Below are positions 30,200 through 39,909 of a DNA stretch of 59,349 nucleotides, one piece after another. Source of the stretch: Cetobacterium sp. (GTDB lineage: Bacteria; Fusobacteriota; Fusobacteriia; Fusobacteriales; Fusobacteriaceae); NCBI GenBank assembly GCA_051652625.1, contig JBOFUO010000004.1:1-59349 (forward strand), written 5' to 3'. The notes below the pieces were generated by a model. The model was not told where the DNA came from, made no database searches, and saw only the letters and a list, made by a program, of their open reading frames with translations. The first letter of the stretch is position 1; each line of letters opens with the position of its first letter. Made by a program: the position numbers and the translations under genes.

Positions 30200-31492
30200 T
30201 CAGAAAATATTTTTAAAGAAATTTTTTATTTTATTTGTTTTTTCATTTATTATATTTTTAGATTCTGCTTTTATTTCATTTTCTAAAAAAGAACTAAAAG
30301 TAGATCGTTCTGAGATTAAACCTCTTTTTATTTCAGCAGGAAGATTTGTTTTTATAGAAATAATTTCAGTTGTAGTAGAAAAATTACTAGAAATACTGAG
30401 ATTATAATCCTTTGATTCAGCTAAGTTAATCAATTTACTCAAAAGTATTTTTTTAAAACTATCCAACTTTGTAGATGTATTTATAAACTTTTTATCAAAA
30501 ATAGCATTTTTAAAGTTAGTGGTACCATCAATATTGATATGTGTACCATTTACAGTTAAAAGTTGTTCGCTTGTAAGAGTTGCATCTGAAATATATTCAT
30601 TTAAATTCTTAAAAGATTTTATATTGAAATTAAAAAGTTTAATAAAAATTTGTGCACTAAGAGAATTTATATTAAAATCTCCATAGATTTCACCTTTTCC
30701 TTCTCCATCAATTTCAGATAAAGAAAATTTTAAAGGAATAGAGTTGTTTTTAGAAAAATTACTATTGAAATTTTGAAATTCACCAGAAAATATTATGTCG
30801 TCAATATTCCCTGAAAAAATAATATTTTCAATAAGAATTTCAGTTTCGTTATTTTTAAAGTTTTTTGAATATAGAAGAAATTCTTTTGACCTTTGAGAAA
30901 AAGAGATGATTTTCTCTTTAAGTAGTATATTTACTTCTCTTTGAATAATAACATCTATAAAATCAACATTCTTCATAAGAAACTGAAATAAATTCTGAGA
31001 AGTATTTTTAGAAAAGTTTTCATTATTAAATGTAGATTTAAAAAATGTTGTTAACCCTTTTGCTCCTTTTGTTTGTTTGTCAAGCTCACTTATAAACTGT
31101 TCTGCTTTATCATTTGTTATTTCTGTTTTATTTAAAGCAATAATATTTTTATCCGATGTTGATTCTTTAATATCAATATTTTGATTGAAAAATATATCTT
31201 TAAAAACAATAGAGTTAATTGTAAAACTTTTTTTATTTTTAAAAAAAGCTTTTAAATCCATTTCTGTTTTAATATTTTTAATAAGGATATCATTTTTGGT
31301 AAAATAAATATTTTCTAAAACAAAAGTGTTATTAAATAAATTTATATTAGCTTTGCTTATAGTAATATTTTGTTTTAATGATTTAGATAATTCCTTTTCC
31401 ATAATATTTTTAAAGTATATATTTTTTCCAAAAGATACAACAGCTAAAAATATTAAAATACTAGATATAAGCACCAGCATTTTATTTTTCAT
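30200..31492 (-). CDS. Membrane-anchored hypothetical protein, AsmA/DUF748-like
   Basis: N-terminal TM followed by AsmA-like ELSKSLKQNITISKANINLF; beta-rich; RBS AGGAGG. Confidence 0.55.
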   Translation of the reverse strand: MKNKMLVLISSILIFLAVVSFGKNIYFKNIMEKELSKSLKQNITISKANINLFNNTFVLENIYFTKNDILIKNIKTEMDLKAFFKNKKSFTINSIVFKDIFFNQNIDIKESTSDKNIIALNKTEITNDKAEQFISELDKQTKGAKGLTTFFKSTFNNENFSKNTSQNLFQFLMKNVDFIDVIIQREVNILLKEKIISFSQRSKEFLLYSKNFKNNETEILIENIIFSGNIDDIIFSGEFQNFNSNFSKNNSIPLKFSLSEIDGEGKGEIYGDFNINSLSAQIFIKLFNFNIKSFKNLNEYISDATLTSEQLLTVNGTHINIDGTTNFKNAIFDKKFINTSTKLDSFKKILLSKLINLAESKDYNLSISSNFSTTTEIISIKTNLPAEIKRGLISERSTFSSFLENEIKAESKNIINEKTNKIKNFFKNIF

Positions 31493-31503
31493 AAAATCCT
31501 CCT

Positions 31504-31542
31504 AAAAAAATTAAGGGCAAGAAACAAGTTTCTTGCCCTTAA
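31504..31542 (-). terminator. Terminator after fabG
   Basis: TTAAGGGCAAGAAAC / GTTTCTTGCCCTTAA with a T-run on the minus strand. Confidence 0.85.
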
Positions 31543-31572
31543 ATCATATTTTGTATATTTGATTTACTCAAA

Positions 31573-32298
31573 TTAAAGAGCTAATCCTCCGCTAACTTCA
31601 ATAGTTTGACCAGTTATATATGCTGATTCATCACTTGCTAAGAATAATACAGCATTAGCAACGTCTTCAGGCATTCCAAGTTTACCTAGTGATGTTCTAT
31701 CAAGCATTCCTTTTATAACATCTTCAGGTAAAACATCAGTCATCGGAGTCGCAATAAATCCAGGTGCAACACAGTTAGATCTAACTTGAGCACCTTTTCT
31801 AGCTAACTCTTTAGACCAAGTTTTAGTCATAGCAATTACTCCACCTTTTGTAGCAGAATAGTTAGCTTGACCAATGTTTCCATATAGTCCAACTACAGAA
31901 GAGATTGTAACAATTGATCCCTTTTTATTTTTAGTCATTAGAGGAGCCACAGCTTGAGTGATATTGAATACACCTTTTAAGTTAACATCAATAACAGCAT
32001 CCCAAGAATCTTCACTCATTCTAACAAAAGGTCCATCTTTAGTAATCCCTGCATTGTTAACAAGTATATCAATTCTTCCGAACTCATCTTTTATTTTTTT
32101 TACTAATACTTTCACAGCTTCTCTATCAGTTACATTTAAAATTTCATGTCTAACATTAGTTTGGTCAAAAGTAGTTTCACCCATATCACAAGATATAACC
32201 AGCTCAGCACCTTCAGAAGCTAATTTCTCAACTATAGTTCTTCCAATTCCTCTAGCACCACCAGTAACCAAAGCAATTTTACCTTCTATTCTCTTCAT
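31573..32298 (-). CDS. fabG: 3-oxoacyl-ACP reductase (SDR)
   Basis: TGGARGIG, NNAGITKD, GNIGQANYSATK, APGFIATPMT. Confidence 0.88.
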   Translation of the reverse strand: MKRIEGKIALVTGGARGIGRTIVEKLASEGAELVISCDMGETTFDQTNVRHEILNVTDREAVKVLVKKIKDEFGRIDILVNNAGITKDGPFVRMSEDSWDAVIDVNLKGVFNITQAVAPLMTKNKKGSIVTISSVVGLYGNIGQANYSATKGGVIAMTKTWSKELARKGAQVRSNCVAPGFIATPMTDVLPEDVIKGMLDRTSLGKLGMPEDVANAVLFLASDESAYITGQTIEVSGGLAL

Positions 32299-32331
32299 AA
32301 TTATCCTCCTATAAAATACACGTGTGATTTA

Positions 32332-32360
32332 ATAATATAATTAATTAAAAAAAATGTCAA
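32332..32360 (-). promoter_or_regulatory. Promoter of fabG
   Basis: Minus strand TTGACA-17 bp-TATTAT. Confidence 0.6.
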
Positions 32361-32376
32361 TAAATTCCTAAAATAT

Positions 32377-33966
32377 TTAATGAGATGTTCCCATTTTGAA
32401 TAGTTTTTCATTCCAAATATCAGCTTGTTTGTTAGGTAATAACAGAACAATAGTATCCCCAGCTAAAATTTTAGAGTTACCTTTAGGAATATATTCAACT
32501 TCAGCTCTTTTGATTGAAACTACAAGAGAATTTTTAGGCCATTCAATTTCTTTTATTAATTTATTTTCAAATTCAGAATCAGCAGAAACAGGTATACAAA
32601 TAATAGTTTTTTCCATCTGCTCGTGTCGTTCATTTTCTAAATCATCAATAAATTCTTTTTTAGGCATTCTTTCATAAAGAATTTCATATATCGGCTCAAG
32701 TTTTAATAGCTCTGTAATATAGTAGGCAACGATTGAAATAGTTGCAATAGCTAAAAGATGATCAAAACTTCCAGTCATTTCAAGTATAAGAATAACACCA
32801 GTTATTGGAGCTCTAACAACCGCAACAAAAAAACCAGCCATTCCTAAAATCATATAATGTATAATGATTTCATGTCCAAAACCAAAGTTAGAAATAAGTA
32901 CTAGAGCATATATTTTTCCAAGAATAGCACCTAAAACTAGCATTGGAAGGAAAATACCACCTTGAAATCCAGTAGCATATGATATTGTAGTAAATAATAA
33001 TTTTACAATAAATAAGAATAATAAAAATAAGATAGTTTGATTAAGGTGAGGCATTTCTTCAACTAAATGATGTCCACCACCAGCCATATCAGGCATAACA
33101 AAACATATTATAAATGATAAAGTCATAACTGAAGATATCTTAAAAGCTCTAGGAAGTTTAATACCTTTAAATATATCCTGTGTTTTTGTTAAAGAAACTG
33201 TAAATAACTTTCCAAAGAAAGCTAATATAATTCCAAAAGTAATAAAAATTAAAAATTGTAAATAAGGATTTATATCAGTTGGATATTTTGTATATAAATC
33301 AAAAGAAGGCTTCATATCAAAGATTCTTCTAGCCATAAAATTCGAGCAAATACTTGCTAAAAATGTACAGATAATAAGTTTAGATGAAAAGAAACGATGA
33401 AGTTCTTCCATACTAAATATTACTCCAGATAATGGAGCTCCAAATGCACCAGCTAAACCAGCACTAGAACCAGCTGTTACGAGATATTTTTCATCCACAT
33501 AATCTCTTTTGAATATTTTTGTAATTCCATAACCAATATAAGAACCAAGTTGTACAGAGGGTCCTTCTCTACCAAGAGATAATCCAGCTCCTATACCAAG
33601 TAATCCACCAAAAAATTTAACTAAAAGTTCTTTTGGCCAGAATAAATAATCAAGTTTTCTTAAAATTAAAGCTTTAACTTGAGGAATTCCACTTCCTCCA
33701 GTTGTTGGAAACTTTTTAGAGATATAATCTACAAAAAGTCCAATTGTAATAAAAATCAACCAAATGAAAATAAGTTTAAGTGGATTTGTTAAAAGCTCTT
33801 TGTTTATATATTTGTTTCGTAGTATTTCTGCAAAAGATAGTCCATATCTATAAACAGAAACAATTATACCAGTGATGATACCTACTAAAATTGAAAGAGC
33901 ATACAATCCTTTATTTTCTTTTTGGAGAAGTTCAACATGATTTTGAATATCTTTTTTATTGTTCAT
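32377..33966 (-). CDS. ClC H+/Cl- exchange transporter with C-terminal TrkA-C (RCK-C) domain
   Basis: GSGIP, GREGP, GGIFLP; C-terminal IKRAEVEYIPKGNSKILAGD. Confidence 0.92.
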   Translation of the reverse strand: MNNKKDIQNHVELLQKENKGLYALSILVGIITGIIVSVYRYGLSFAEILRNKYINKELLTNPLKLIFIWLIFITIGLFVDYISKKFPTTGGSGIPQVKALILRKLDYLFWPKELLVKFFGGLLGIGAGLSLGREGPSVQLGSYIGYGITKIFKRDYVDEKYLVTAGSSAGLAGAFGAPLSGVIFSMEELHRFFSSKLIICTFLASICSNFMARRIFDMKPSFDLYTKYPTDINPYLQFLIFITFGIILAFFGKLFTVSLTKTQDIFKGIKLPRAFKISSVMTLSFIICFVMPDMAGGGHHLVEEMPHLNQTILFLLFLFIVKLLFTTISYATGFQGGIFLPMLVLGAILGKIYALVLISNFGFGHEIIIHYMILGMAGFFVAVVRAPITGVILILEMTGSFDHLLAIATISIVAYYITELLKLEPIYEILYERMPKKEFIDDLENERHEQMEKTIICIPVSADSEFENKLIKEIEWPKNSLVVSIKRAEVEYIPKGNSKILAGDTIVLLLPNKQADIWNEKLFKMGTSH

Positions 33967-34120
33967 AAAATCTCCTTAAAATATATTGTAGCATTCGGAA
34001 TAATAACACAAAACTTATAAAAAGTAAAGTATAACGAAACAAAAGTGAAAGCTTGCGTTAAAGCGAAGGATAGGGTAAAATATAAGTCAGAACAATATTT
34101 ATAATGATGGGGTGATTTAT

Positions 34121-34951
34121 ATGAAGTTTAATAAGATGCAAGGTGCAGGAAATGATTTTTTATTATTTAATGGAGTAAAAAATAAATATAAAGATTATTC
34201 AGGGTTAGCTAAAAAATCTTGTGACAGACGTTATGGTGTTGGTGGAGATGGAATAATAGTTGCTGAGGAGAGTTCAATTGCTGATATTAAAATGGTGTAT
34301 TATAATTCCGACGGTTCAAAAGGAGAGATGTGTGGGAATGGAATAAGATGTTTTTCTAAATTTGTATATGAAGAGGGACTCGTAAAAAAAGAAGAGATAA
34401 AAATAGAAACAGGGGATGGAATAAAAATAGCATATTTAAATTTGAATAACGATATTGTAGAAAGTATAACAATCTATATGGGTAAAGCAAGACTTACTCC
34501 AGAAGAAATCCCAGTTTTATCAGACAAAAGTAAAGTTTTAAATGAAAAAATAAATATAAATGGTCAAGAGTTAAGTTTTTCAGCAGTTTTAATAGGAGTT
34601 CCTCATGTAGTTATAATAGAAGAAAATTTAGAAAAAACTGAAGTAGATATTTTAGGAGAGAGAATCGAAAAAAACAATATTTTTCCTAAAAGGATAAATG
34701 TAAATTTTATTGAAGTTTTAAGTAGAAAAAAAATAAAAATAAAAACTTGGGAAAGAGGAGCTGGAAGAACATTGGCTTGTGGTACAGGTTCATGTTCTGG
34801 AGTATATATTGCAAATCTATTAAATTTAGTAGATTCAGAAGTAGAAGTAGAAACAGAAGGTGGAGCATTAAAAATAAAATTGATTCATGATGAAGTTTAT
34901 ATGACTGGAAAAGCAGAAACCACATTTAGAGGAGAATTGATATGGGAATAG
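34121..34951 (+). CDS. dapF: Diaminopimelate epimerase
   Basis: KMQGAGNDF, EMCGNGIRC, WERGAGRTLACGTG. Confidence 0.96.
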   Translation: MKFNKMQGAGNDFLLFNGVKNKYKDYSGLAKKSCDRRYGVGGDGIIVAEESSIADIKMVYYNSDGSKGEMCGNGIRCFSKFVYEEGLVKKEEIKIETGDGIKIAYLNLNNDIVESITIYMGKARLTPEEIPVLSDKSKVLNEKININGQELSFSAVLIGVPHVVIIEENLEKTEVDILGERIEKNNIFPKRINVNFIEVLSRKKIKIKTWERGAGRTLACGTGSCSGVYIANLLNLVDSEVEVETEGGALKIKLIHDEVYMTGKAETTFRGELIWE

Positions 34952-36240
34952 GAGAAAAAATAATATTTATTTTATTTTTAATTTTTATAAGTGCATTTTT
35001 TTCAATGGCAGAAATTTCATTGGCAGGAGCAAGAAAAATAAAGCTTCAATTATTGCTTGATGAAGGAAATGAAAATGCAAAAAAAGTAATGGATTTACAA
35101 AGTAACCCAGGAAACTTTTTTACAACAGTTCAAATAGGATTGAACATAGTAGCAATTTTAGCGGGTATAATAGGAGATGGAATACTATCTCCTATCGTGA
35201 CAAAATATATAACTAATCCAACTGTTGCTTTTTTAATATCTTTTGCATTTGTAACAGGAGCTTTTATAGAGTTTGCAGATTTAATACCTAAAAGATTAGC
35301 GATGGTTTATCCAGAAAAAATAGCTGTAACATTGGTAAATCCAATGACTTCTGCTATAAAATTTTTAACTCCGATTGTGTGGGTTTTTAGTGGTGTAGCT
35401 AATTTAGTATTTAAAATATTTGGAGTGCCGATTTCAAGAAATGAATTGATAACACATGATGACATTTTTGCCTTGGTGGATGCTGGAGCTGAAGCGGGAG
35501 TTGTACATACAAAAGAGCACCACTTAATAGAGAATGTATTTGAATTAGAGCAAAGATGGGTTTCTTCAGTTATGACAACAAGAGATGAAATAATATATTT
35601 CACATTAGAAGAGACAGAGGAAAGTTTAAAACAAAAAATAGCAGAATACCCACATTCTAAATTTTTAGTTTGTGAAAGTGATATAGACTCAATATATGGT
35701 TATGTAGGTTCGAAAGACATTTTACCTAGGATATTGAAAGGTGAATTAAGTGGATTGCAAAATATTAAAGAGATTACAAACAGAAATATTTTAATTATTC
35801 CAAATACATTAACTTTATCAGATATGTTAGATAGATTTAATGAAGCTAGAGAAGATTTTGCAGTTATATTAAATGAATATGCTCATGTTGTTGGAGTTAT
35901 AACACTAAGTGATGTTGTTTCAACATTGATGGGAGATGTTGTATATCCTATGCAAGAAGAGTATATAATAAAAAGAAGTGACGGATCTTGGTTAATAGAT
36001 GGAATAACAGCAATTGAAGATGTAAAAAAAGTATTGGAAATAGAAAACTTCCCAGAAGAAGAGAGTTATGAAACAATAGCTGGATTTATAATGTATATAT
36101 TAAAAAGTATTCCTAAAAAAGGAGCACATATAGAATATGGTGGTTATAGTTTTGAAGTTGTTGACGTTGATAATTTCAAAATTGACCAACTTTTAGTAAT
36201 AAAAGAGGATAGTGAATTAAAGTCAAATTCAGAAGAATAG
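34942..36240 (+). CDS. CNNM/CBS/CorC-HlyC family membrane protein (YtfL/PaeA-like)
   Basis: SAFFSMAEISLA, TTVQIGLN, FADLIPKRLA, CBS pair, C-terminal GSWLIDG/YETIAG. Confidence 0.9.
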   Translation: MGIGEKIIFILFLIFISAFFSMAEISLAGARKIKLQLLLDEGNENAKKVMDLQSNPGNFFTTVQIGLNIVAILAGIIGDGILSPIVTKYITNPTVAFLISFAFVTGAFIEFADLIPKRLAMVYPEKIAVTLVNPMTSAIKFLTPIVWVFSGVANLVFKIFGVPISRNELITHDDIFALVDAGAEAGVVHTKEHHLIENVFELEQRWVSSVMTTRDEIIYFTLEETEESLKQKIAEYPHSKFLVCESDIDSIYGYVGSKDILPRILKGELSGLQNIKEITNRNILIIPNTLTLSDMLDRFNEAREDFAVILNEYAHVVGVITLSDVVSTLMGDVVYPMQEEYIIKRSDGSWLIDGITAIEDVKKVLEIENFPEEESYETIAGFIMYILKSIPKKGAHIEYGGYSFEVVDVDNFKIDQLLVIKEDSELKSNSEE

Positions 36241-36241
36241 T

Positions 36242-36282
36242 AAAAAAAGGTAAAGGTAGATTAAACTACTTTTACCTTTTTT
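36242..36282. terminator. Bidirectional terminator
   Basis: AAAAAAGGTAAAGGTAG / CTACTTTTACCTTTTTT between convergent genes. Confidence 0.85.
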
Positions 36283-36284
36283 AG

Positions 36285-37460
36285 TTATCTAGTAATATTT
36301 TGTTCTTTTGCAATTCTTTTAACTTCGTCAGCAACTACAGCAGCAACTCTTTCATCAAAAGCGTTAGGAATAACAAGTTCAGGATTTAATTCTTCGTCAG
36401 CAACTAGTTTTGCAATACCTACAGCAGCAGCAATTTTCATCTCTTCTGTTATTTTTTTGGCTTTAGCATCAAGTGCACCTCTAAATATTCCTGGGAAAGC
36501 TAGAACATTATTAACTTGATTTGGATAATCCGACCTTCCAGTACCAACAATTTTAGCACCACCAGCAATAGCATCTTCTGGCATTATTTCAGGATTAGGA
36601 TTAGCCATAGCAAAAACAATAGCATCCTTATTCATGCTTTTAACCATATCTATTGAAAGAATATTAGCAGCAGAAACACCGATGAAAACATCTCTTTCTT
36701 TAACAGCCTCAAGCAGTCCACCCTTTATATTTTCTATGTTTGTTATGTTTGCAATTTCAGCTTTTAGGAAATTGTAGTGAGCTATATCATCTCTGTTAAT
36801 AATACCATCAATATCATTAACAACAATATTTTTAGCTCCCATTTGTATAAGAAGCTTAACAATAGAGCTACCAGCAGCACCAGCACCACTAACAACAAAT
36901 TTAGCAGTTTCAAAAGTTTTATTAACTAATTTAAATGAATTAATAAGAGCTGCAACAACAACAATAGCAGTTCCATGTTGGTCATCGTGGAAAACAGGGA
37001 TATTTAACTCTTCTTTTAACCTAGTTTCTATTTCAACGCATCTAGGAGCAGAAATATCTTCTAAATTTATTCCGCCAAATCCTGGAGCAATAAGTTTAAC
37101 TGCTTTAATAATTTCCTCGGTATCCTGAGTATCTAAACAAATTGGAAAAGCATCAACATTAGCAAATTGTTTAAAAAGAATAGCTTTACCTTCCATAACT
37201 GGAAGAGCAGCTTCGGGACCTATATTTCCTAAACCTAAAACAGCAGAACCATCAGTTACAACAGCAACCATATTTCCTTTAGAAGTATATTTATAAACAT
37301 TTTCTACGTTATCTTTAATTGCCAAACAAGGAGCAGCAACTCCAGGAGAGTAAGCAAGACTAAGTTCTTCTCTATTTGTAACAGCAACTTTTGATATAAC
37401 TTCAATTTTTCCAAGATGAGTTTCGTGCAACTCTAAAGATTTTTCAAAAACTGTAGACAT
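36285..37460 (-). CDS. NAD(P)-dependent malic enzyme
   Basis: AYSPGVA, VMEGKA, NLEDISAPRC, FHDDQHGTA, GAGAAG; start moved to ATG 37460 after GGAGG. Confidence 0.95.
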   Translation of the reverse strand: MSTVFEKSLELHETHLGKIEVISKVAVTNREELSLAYSPGVAAPCLAIKDNVENVYKYTSKGNMVAVVTDGSAVLGLGNIGPEAALPVMEGKAILFKQFANVDAFPICLDTQDTEEIIKAVKLIAPGFGGINLEDISAPRCVEIETRLKEELNIPVFHDDQHGTAIVVVAALINSFKLVNKTFETAKFVVSGAGAAGSSIVKLLIQMGAKNIVVNDIDGIINRDDIAHYNFLKAEIANITNIENIKGGLLEAVKERDVFIGVSAANILSIDMVKSMNKDAIVFAMANPNPEIMPEDAIAGGAKIVGTGRSDYPNQVNNVLAFPGIFRGALDAKAKKITEEMKIAAAVGIAKLVADEELNPELVIPNAFDERVAAVVADEVKRIAKEQNITR

Positions 37461-37479
37461 AAAAGTTCCTCCAATATTT

Positions 37480-38022
37480 TTATTTTGAGCTATTTCTAGC
37501 ACTTTCATACAAATCATTTCCGTTATAGTCATTTATAACTATAGCAGGAAAATCAACAACCTCTAATTTTCTAATAGCTTCAGCACCTAAATCTTCATAA
37601 GCTATAATTTCACAACTTTTTACAGATTGAGCAATAAGAGCAGCAGCACCACCAATAGCAGCAAAGTAAATAGCTTTATTTTTTACAATAGAGTTTCTCA
37701 CTTTTTGATCTCGAGCTCCTTTACCAATCATCCCTTTTAAACCCTGCTCTAAAATAGCAGGAGAATAAGAATCCATTCTGTAACTGGTAGTTGGGCCACA
37801 ACTTCCAATTACTTCTCCTGGCTTTGCAGGAGAAGGGCCAGCATAGTATATAATTTGTCCTTTTACATCAAAAGGTAGTTCTTTACCTTCTTCTAAAAGC
37901 TTAATAAGTCTAGCGTGAGCCGCATCTCTAGCAGTATAAATAGTACCAGTAATAGTAACAGCATCACCAGATTTTAATGATTCTAAAACTTCATCTTTTA
38001 AAGGTGTCGTTAATTTAATCAT
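37480..38022 (-). CDS. Class I fumarate hydratase / tartrate dehydratase beta subunit
   Basis: TARDAAH, GPTTSYRMD, MIGKG, LGAEAIRKL. Confidence 0.92.
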   Translation of the reverse strand: MIKLTTPLKDEVLESLKSGDAVTITGTIYTARDAAHARLIKLLEEGKELPFDVKGQIIYYAGPSPAKPGEVIGSCGPTTSYRMDSYSPAILEQGLKGMIGKGARDQKVRNSIVKNKAIYFAAIGGAAALIAQSVKSCEIIAYEDLGAEAIRKLEVVDFPAIVINDYNGNDLYESARNSSK

Positions 38023-38861
38023 AATATAACCTCCTTGTGTCTAGCAGCATGACAATTTAGATTGATAGCAACTGGTAAAGAAGCAAAGTGGCAACCTTGT
38101 ACTTCAACTTTAACAGCTAGAGCTGTAGTTTTTCCACCAAGACCTTGAGGGCCGACATTAGTATTATTGATTAATTCTAAAAGTTCAGTTTCTAAAGCAT
38201 GAGCAATAGGGTCAGGACTAGTATCTTTTATTTCTCTTAAAAGAGCTTCTTTAGCTAGTTGAGCACATCTTTCAAAATTACCGCCAATTCCAACTCCTAC
38301 AACAATAGGAGGGCAAGGATTTCCACCAGCATTTATAATAGAATCAACTACAAATTTCTTTATTGCCTCAATTCCATCTGAAGGTTTAAACATTTTTAAA
38401 ACACTCATATTTTCAGAGCCGCCACCTTTAGGAGCTACAATAATTTTAACTTTATCTGAATTAGGAATAAGCTTTGTATGTATAACAGCAGGAGTATTAT
38501 CTCCAGTATTGACTCTATGAAGTGGATGTTTAATAATAGATTTTCTTAAGTATCCTTCGTGATAACCTTTTGCCACTCCAGCATTTACTGCAGCATAAAT
38601 ATCCCCATTAATTTTAACTTCAGTTCCAATTTCTAAAAAAACAACAACAAGCCCAGTATCTTGGCACATAGGAACATTATTTTTAGCGGCAATTTCATCG
38701 TTTTCAATGATTTGACTTAAAATAACTTTTCCAAGTTCACTAGTTTCTGTAAGTTGTGATTCTTTAATTTTTTTTAAAATATCATCACCAATAAAATAAT
38801 TTGCTTCAATACAAAGTCTAGCGACTTCGTTTGTTACTAAATTTAAATCAAGTATCTTCAT
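38019..38861 (-). CDS. Class I fumarate hydratase / tartrate dehydratase alpha subunit
   Basis: PMCQDTG, KGGGSEN, GNPCPP, NCHAARH. Confidence 0.92.
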   Translation of the reverse strand: MKILDLNLVTNEVARLCIEANYFIGDDILKKIKESQLTETSELGKVILSQIIENDEIAAKNNVPMCQDTGLVVVFLEIGTEVKINGDIYAAVNAGVAKGYHEGYLRKSIIKHPLHRVNTGDNTPAVIHTKLIPNSDKVKIIVAPKGGGSENMSVLKMFKPSDGIEAIKKFVVDSIINAGGNPCPPIVVGVGIGGNFERCAQLAKEALLREIKDTSPDPIAHALETELLELINNTNVGPQGLGGKTTALAVKVEVQGCHFASLPVAINLNCHAARHKEVIL

Positions 38862-38904
38862 AGACTCCTCCTCAACTATACTTTTAATTTTTTATGAATA
38901 AATT

Positions 38905-38942
38905 AAAGGTACCTCTTTTATTTTATTAAAAGAGGTACCTTT
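38905..38942 (-). terminator. Hairpin terminator after crr
   Basis: AAAGGTACCTCTTTTA / TAAAAGAGGTACCTTT. Confidence 0.75.
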
Positions 38943-38948
38943 TTAAAA

Positions 38949-39446
38949 CTACTTTTTAATTTTAACTCTCATTAAAAGGTCTCCAACTTTAACATTTCCA
39001 GAAGCAACAACTTCAAGAGTTTCTACTTCGTCCATATTAGCAATTATAACAGGAGTTTTTACTGATTTAGCATTTTCTGTAATGTAAGCTAAGTCATACT
39101 TAACAAGTTCGTCTTTAACTTCTACAGTAGATCCAGGTTCAGCGATTCTAGTGAATCCTTCTCCATTTAATTTTACTGTATCAATTCCAAAATGAACAAT
39201 TAGCTCAAGTCCGTTAGGAACTTCAAAACTAACAGCATGGTTTGTAGCGAATATGTCAATTTCACCAGCTACAGGTGAGCAGATAGCTCCTTCTGTAGGG
39301 TCAATTCCACATCCATCTCCAATCATTTTTTGAGAAAAAGCGTCATCTGGTATTTCGCTTAAAGGAATAACTTTTCCGTTTAATGGTGAGTAGATATTGA
39401 ACCACTCATCCTCTTTTTTCTTTTTGAAGAAATCAAATAATCCCAT
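38949..39446 (-). CDS. crr: PTS glucose-family EIIA component
   Basis: MGLFD N-terminus, PDDAFSQKMIGDG, TNHA, VHFGIDTV; ATG 39446 after AAGGAG. Confidence 0.93.
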   Translation of the reverse strand: MGLFDFFKKKKEDEWFNIYSPLNGKVIPLSEIPDDAFSQKMIGDGCGIDPTEGAICSPVAGEIDIFATNHAVSFEVPNGLELIVHFGIDTVKLNGEGFTRIAEPGSTVEVKDELVKYDLAYITENAKSVKTPVIIANMDEVETLEVVASGNVKVGDLLMRVKIKK

Positions 39447-39641
39447 AGTCAAATCTCCTTTCAAATTAAGTGTGAAATATTATGTATAATTATTTCACAT
39501 CAAGTTCGTTAAATCAATATTTTTTAAAAAAAAAGCATACAAAGAATAAAATAAAAATCAATGTATTATAAATAAATTATATCATAAAGATTAATTATTT
39601 GACTAGTATTTATTTATATTTTTTTTATCCTTTTTTTATTC

Positions 39642-39675
39642 TTATTGAGTTTAATATGAACATTAAACTCAATAA
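39642..39675. repeat. 14-bp perfect inverted repeat in a divergent intergenic region
   Basis: TTATTGAGTTTAAT-atgaac-ATTAAACTCAATAA. Confidence 0.85.
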
Positions 39676-39700
39676 ACCATAGAGAAGTAATAAATAAAGC

Positions 39701-39729
39701 TTGACAAAATTGAAATAAAACTTTAAGAT
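39701..39729 (+). promoter_or_regulatory. Promoter of the riboswitch-permease transcript
   Basis: TTGACA-17 bp-TAAGAT. Confidence 0.7.
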
Positions 39730-39745
39730 TAAGTTAAAGTTATAT

Positions 39746-39818
39746 TTTGAACCATATATACTCCTAATACGGCGGAGAGTTTCTACGAGCTACCTTAAAT
39801 AGCTTTCTATGGGTCAGG
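39746..39818 (+). promoter_or_regulatory. Purine (guanine-type) riboswitch aptamer
   Basis: P1 ..CCATA/TATGG, L2 AATACGG, J2/3 GTTTCTAC, P3 GAGCTA/TAGCTT, L3 CCTTAAA, C74 equivalent; upstream of an NCS2 purine permease. Confidence 0.9.
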
Positions 39819-39847
39819 ACTTAAATTTTTTTATTTAAGTTTCTTTG

Positions 39848-39872
39848 GCCTGTTTATGCAGGCTTTTTTTTA
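39848..39872 (+). terminator. Riboswitch expression-platform terminator
   Basis: GCCTG-tttatg-CAGGC plus T-run; its 5' arm can alternatively pair with CAGG of the P1 3' strand. Confidence 0.8.
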
Positions 39873-39909
39873 TTTGTAATATTAAAATTAAAATAAATCA
39901 GGAGGAAAA

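Noticed and set aside
30150-30407. 85-aa plus-strand ORF
   Set aside because: Antisense to the AsmA-like gene and overlapping the ffs promoter; low complexity
32377-34111. Fluoride exporter with fluoride riboswitch
   Set aside because: The ClC has chloride-type GSGIP/GREGP motifs, not CLC-F GNNLI/GREGT, and no fluoride riboswitch core is visible upstream
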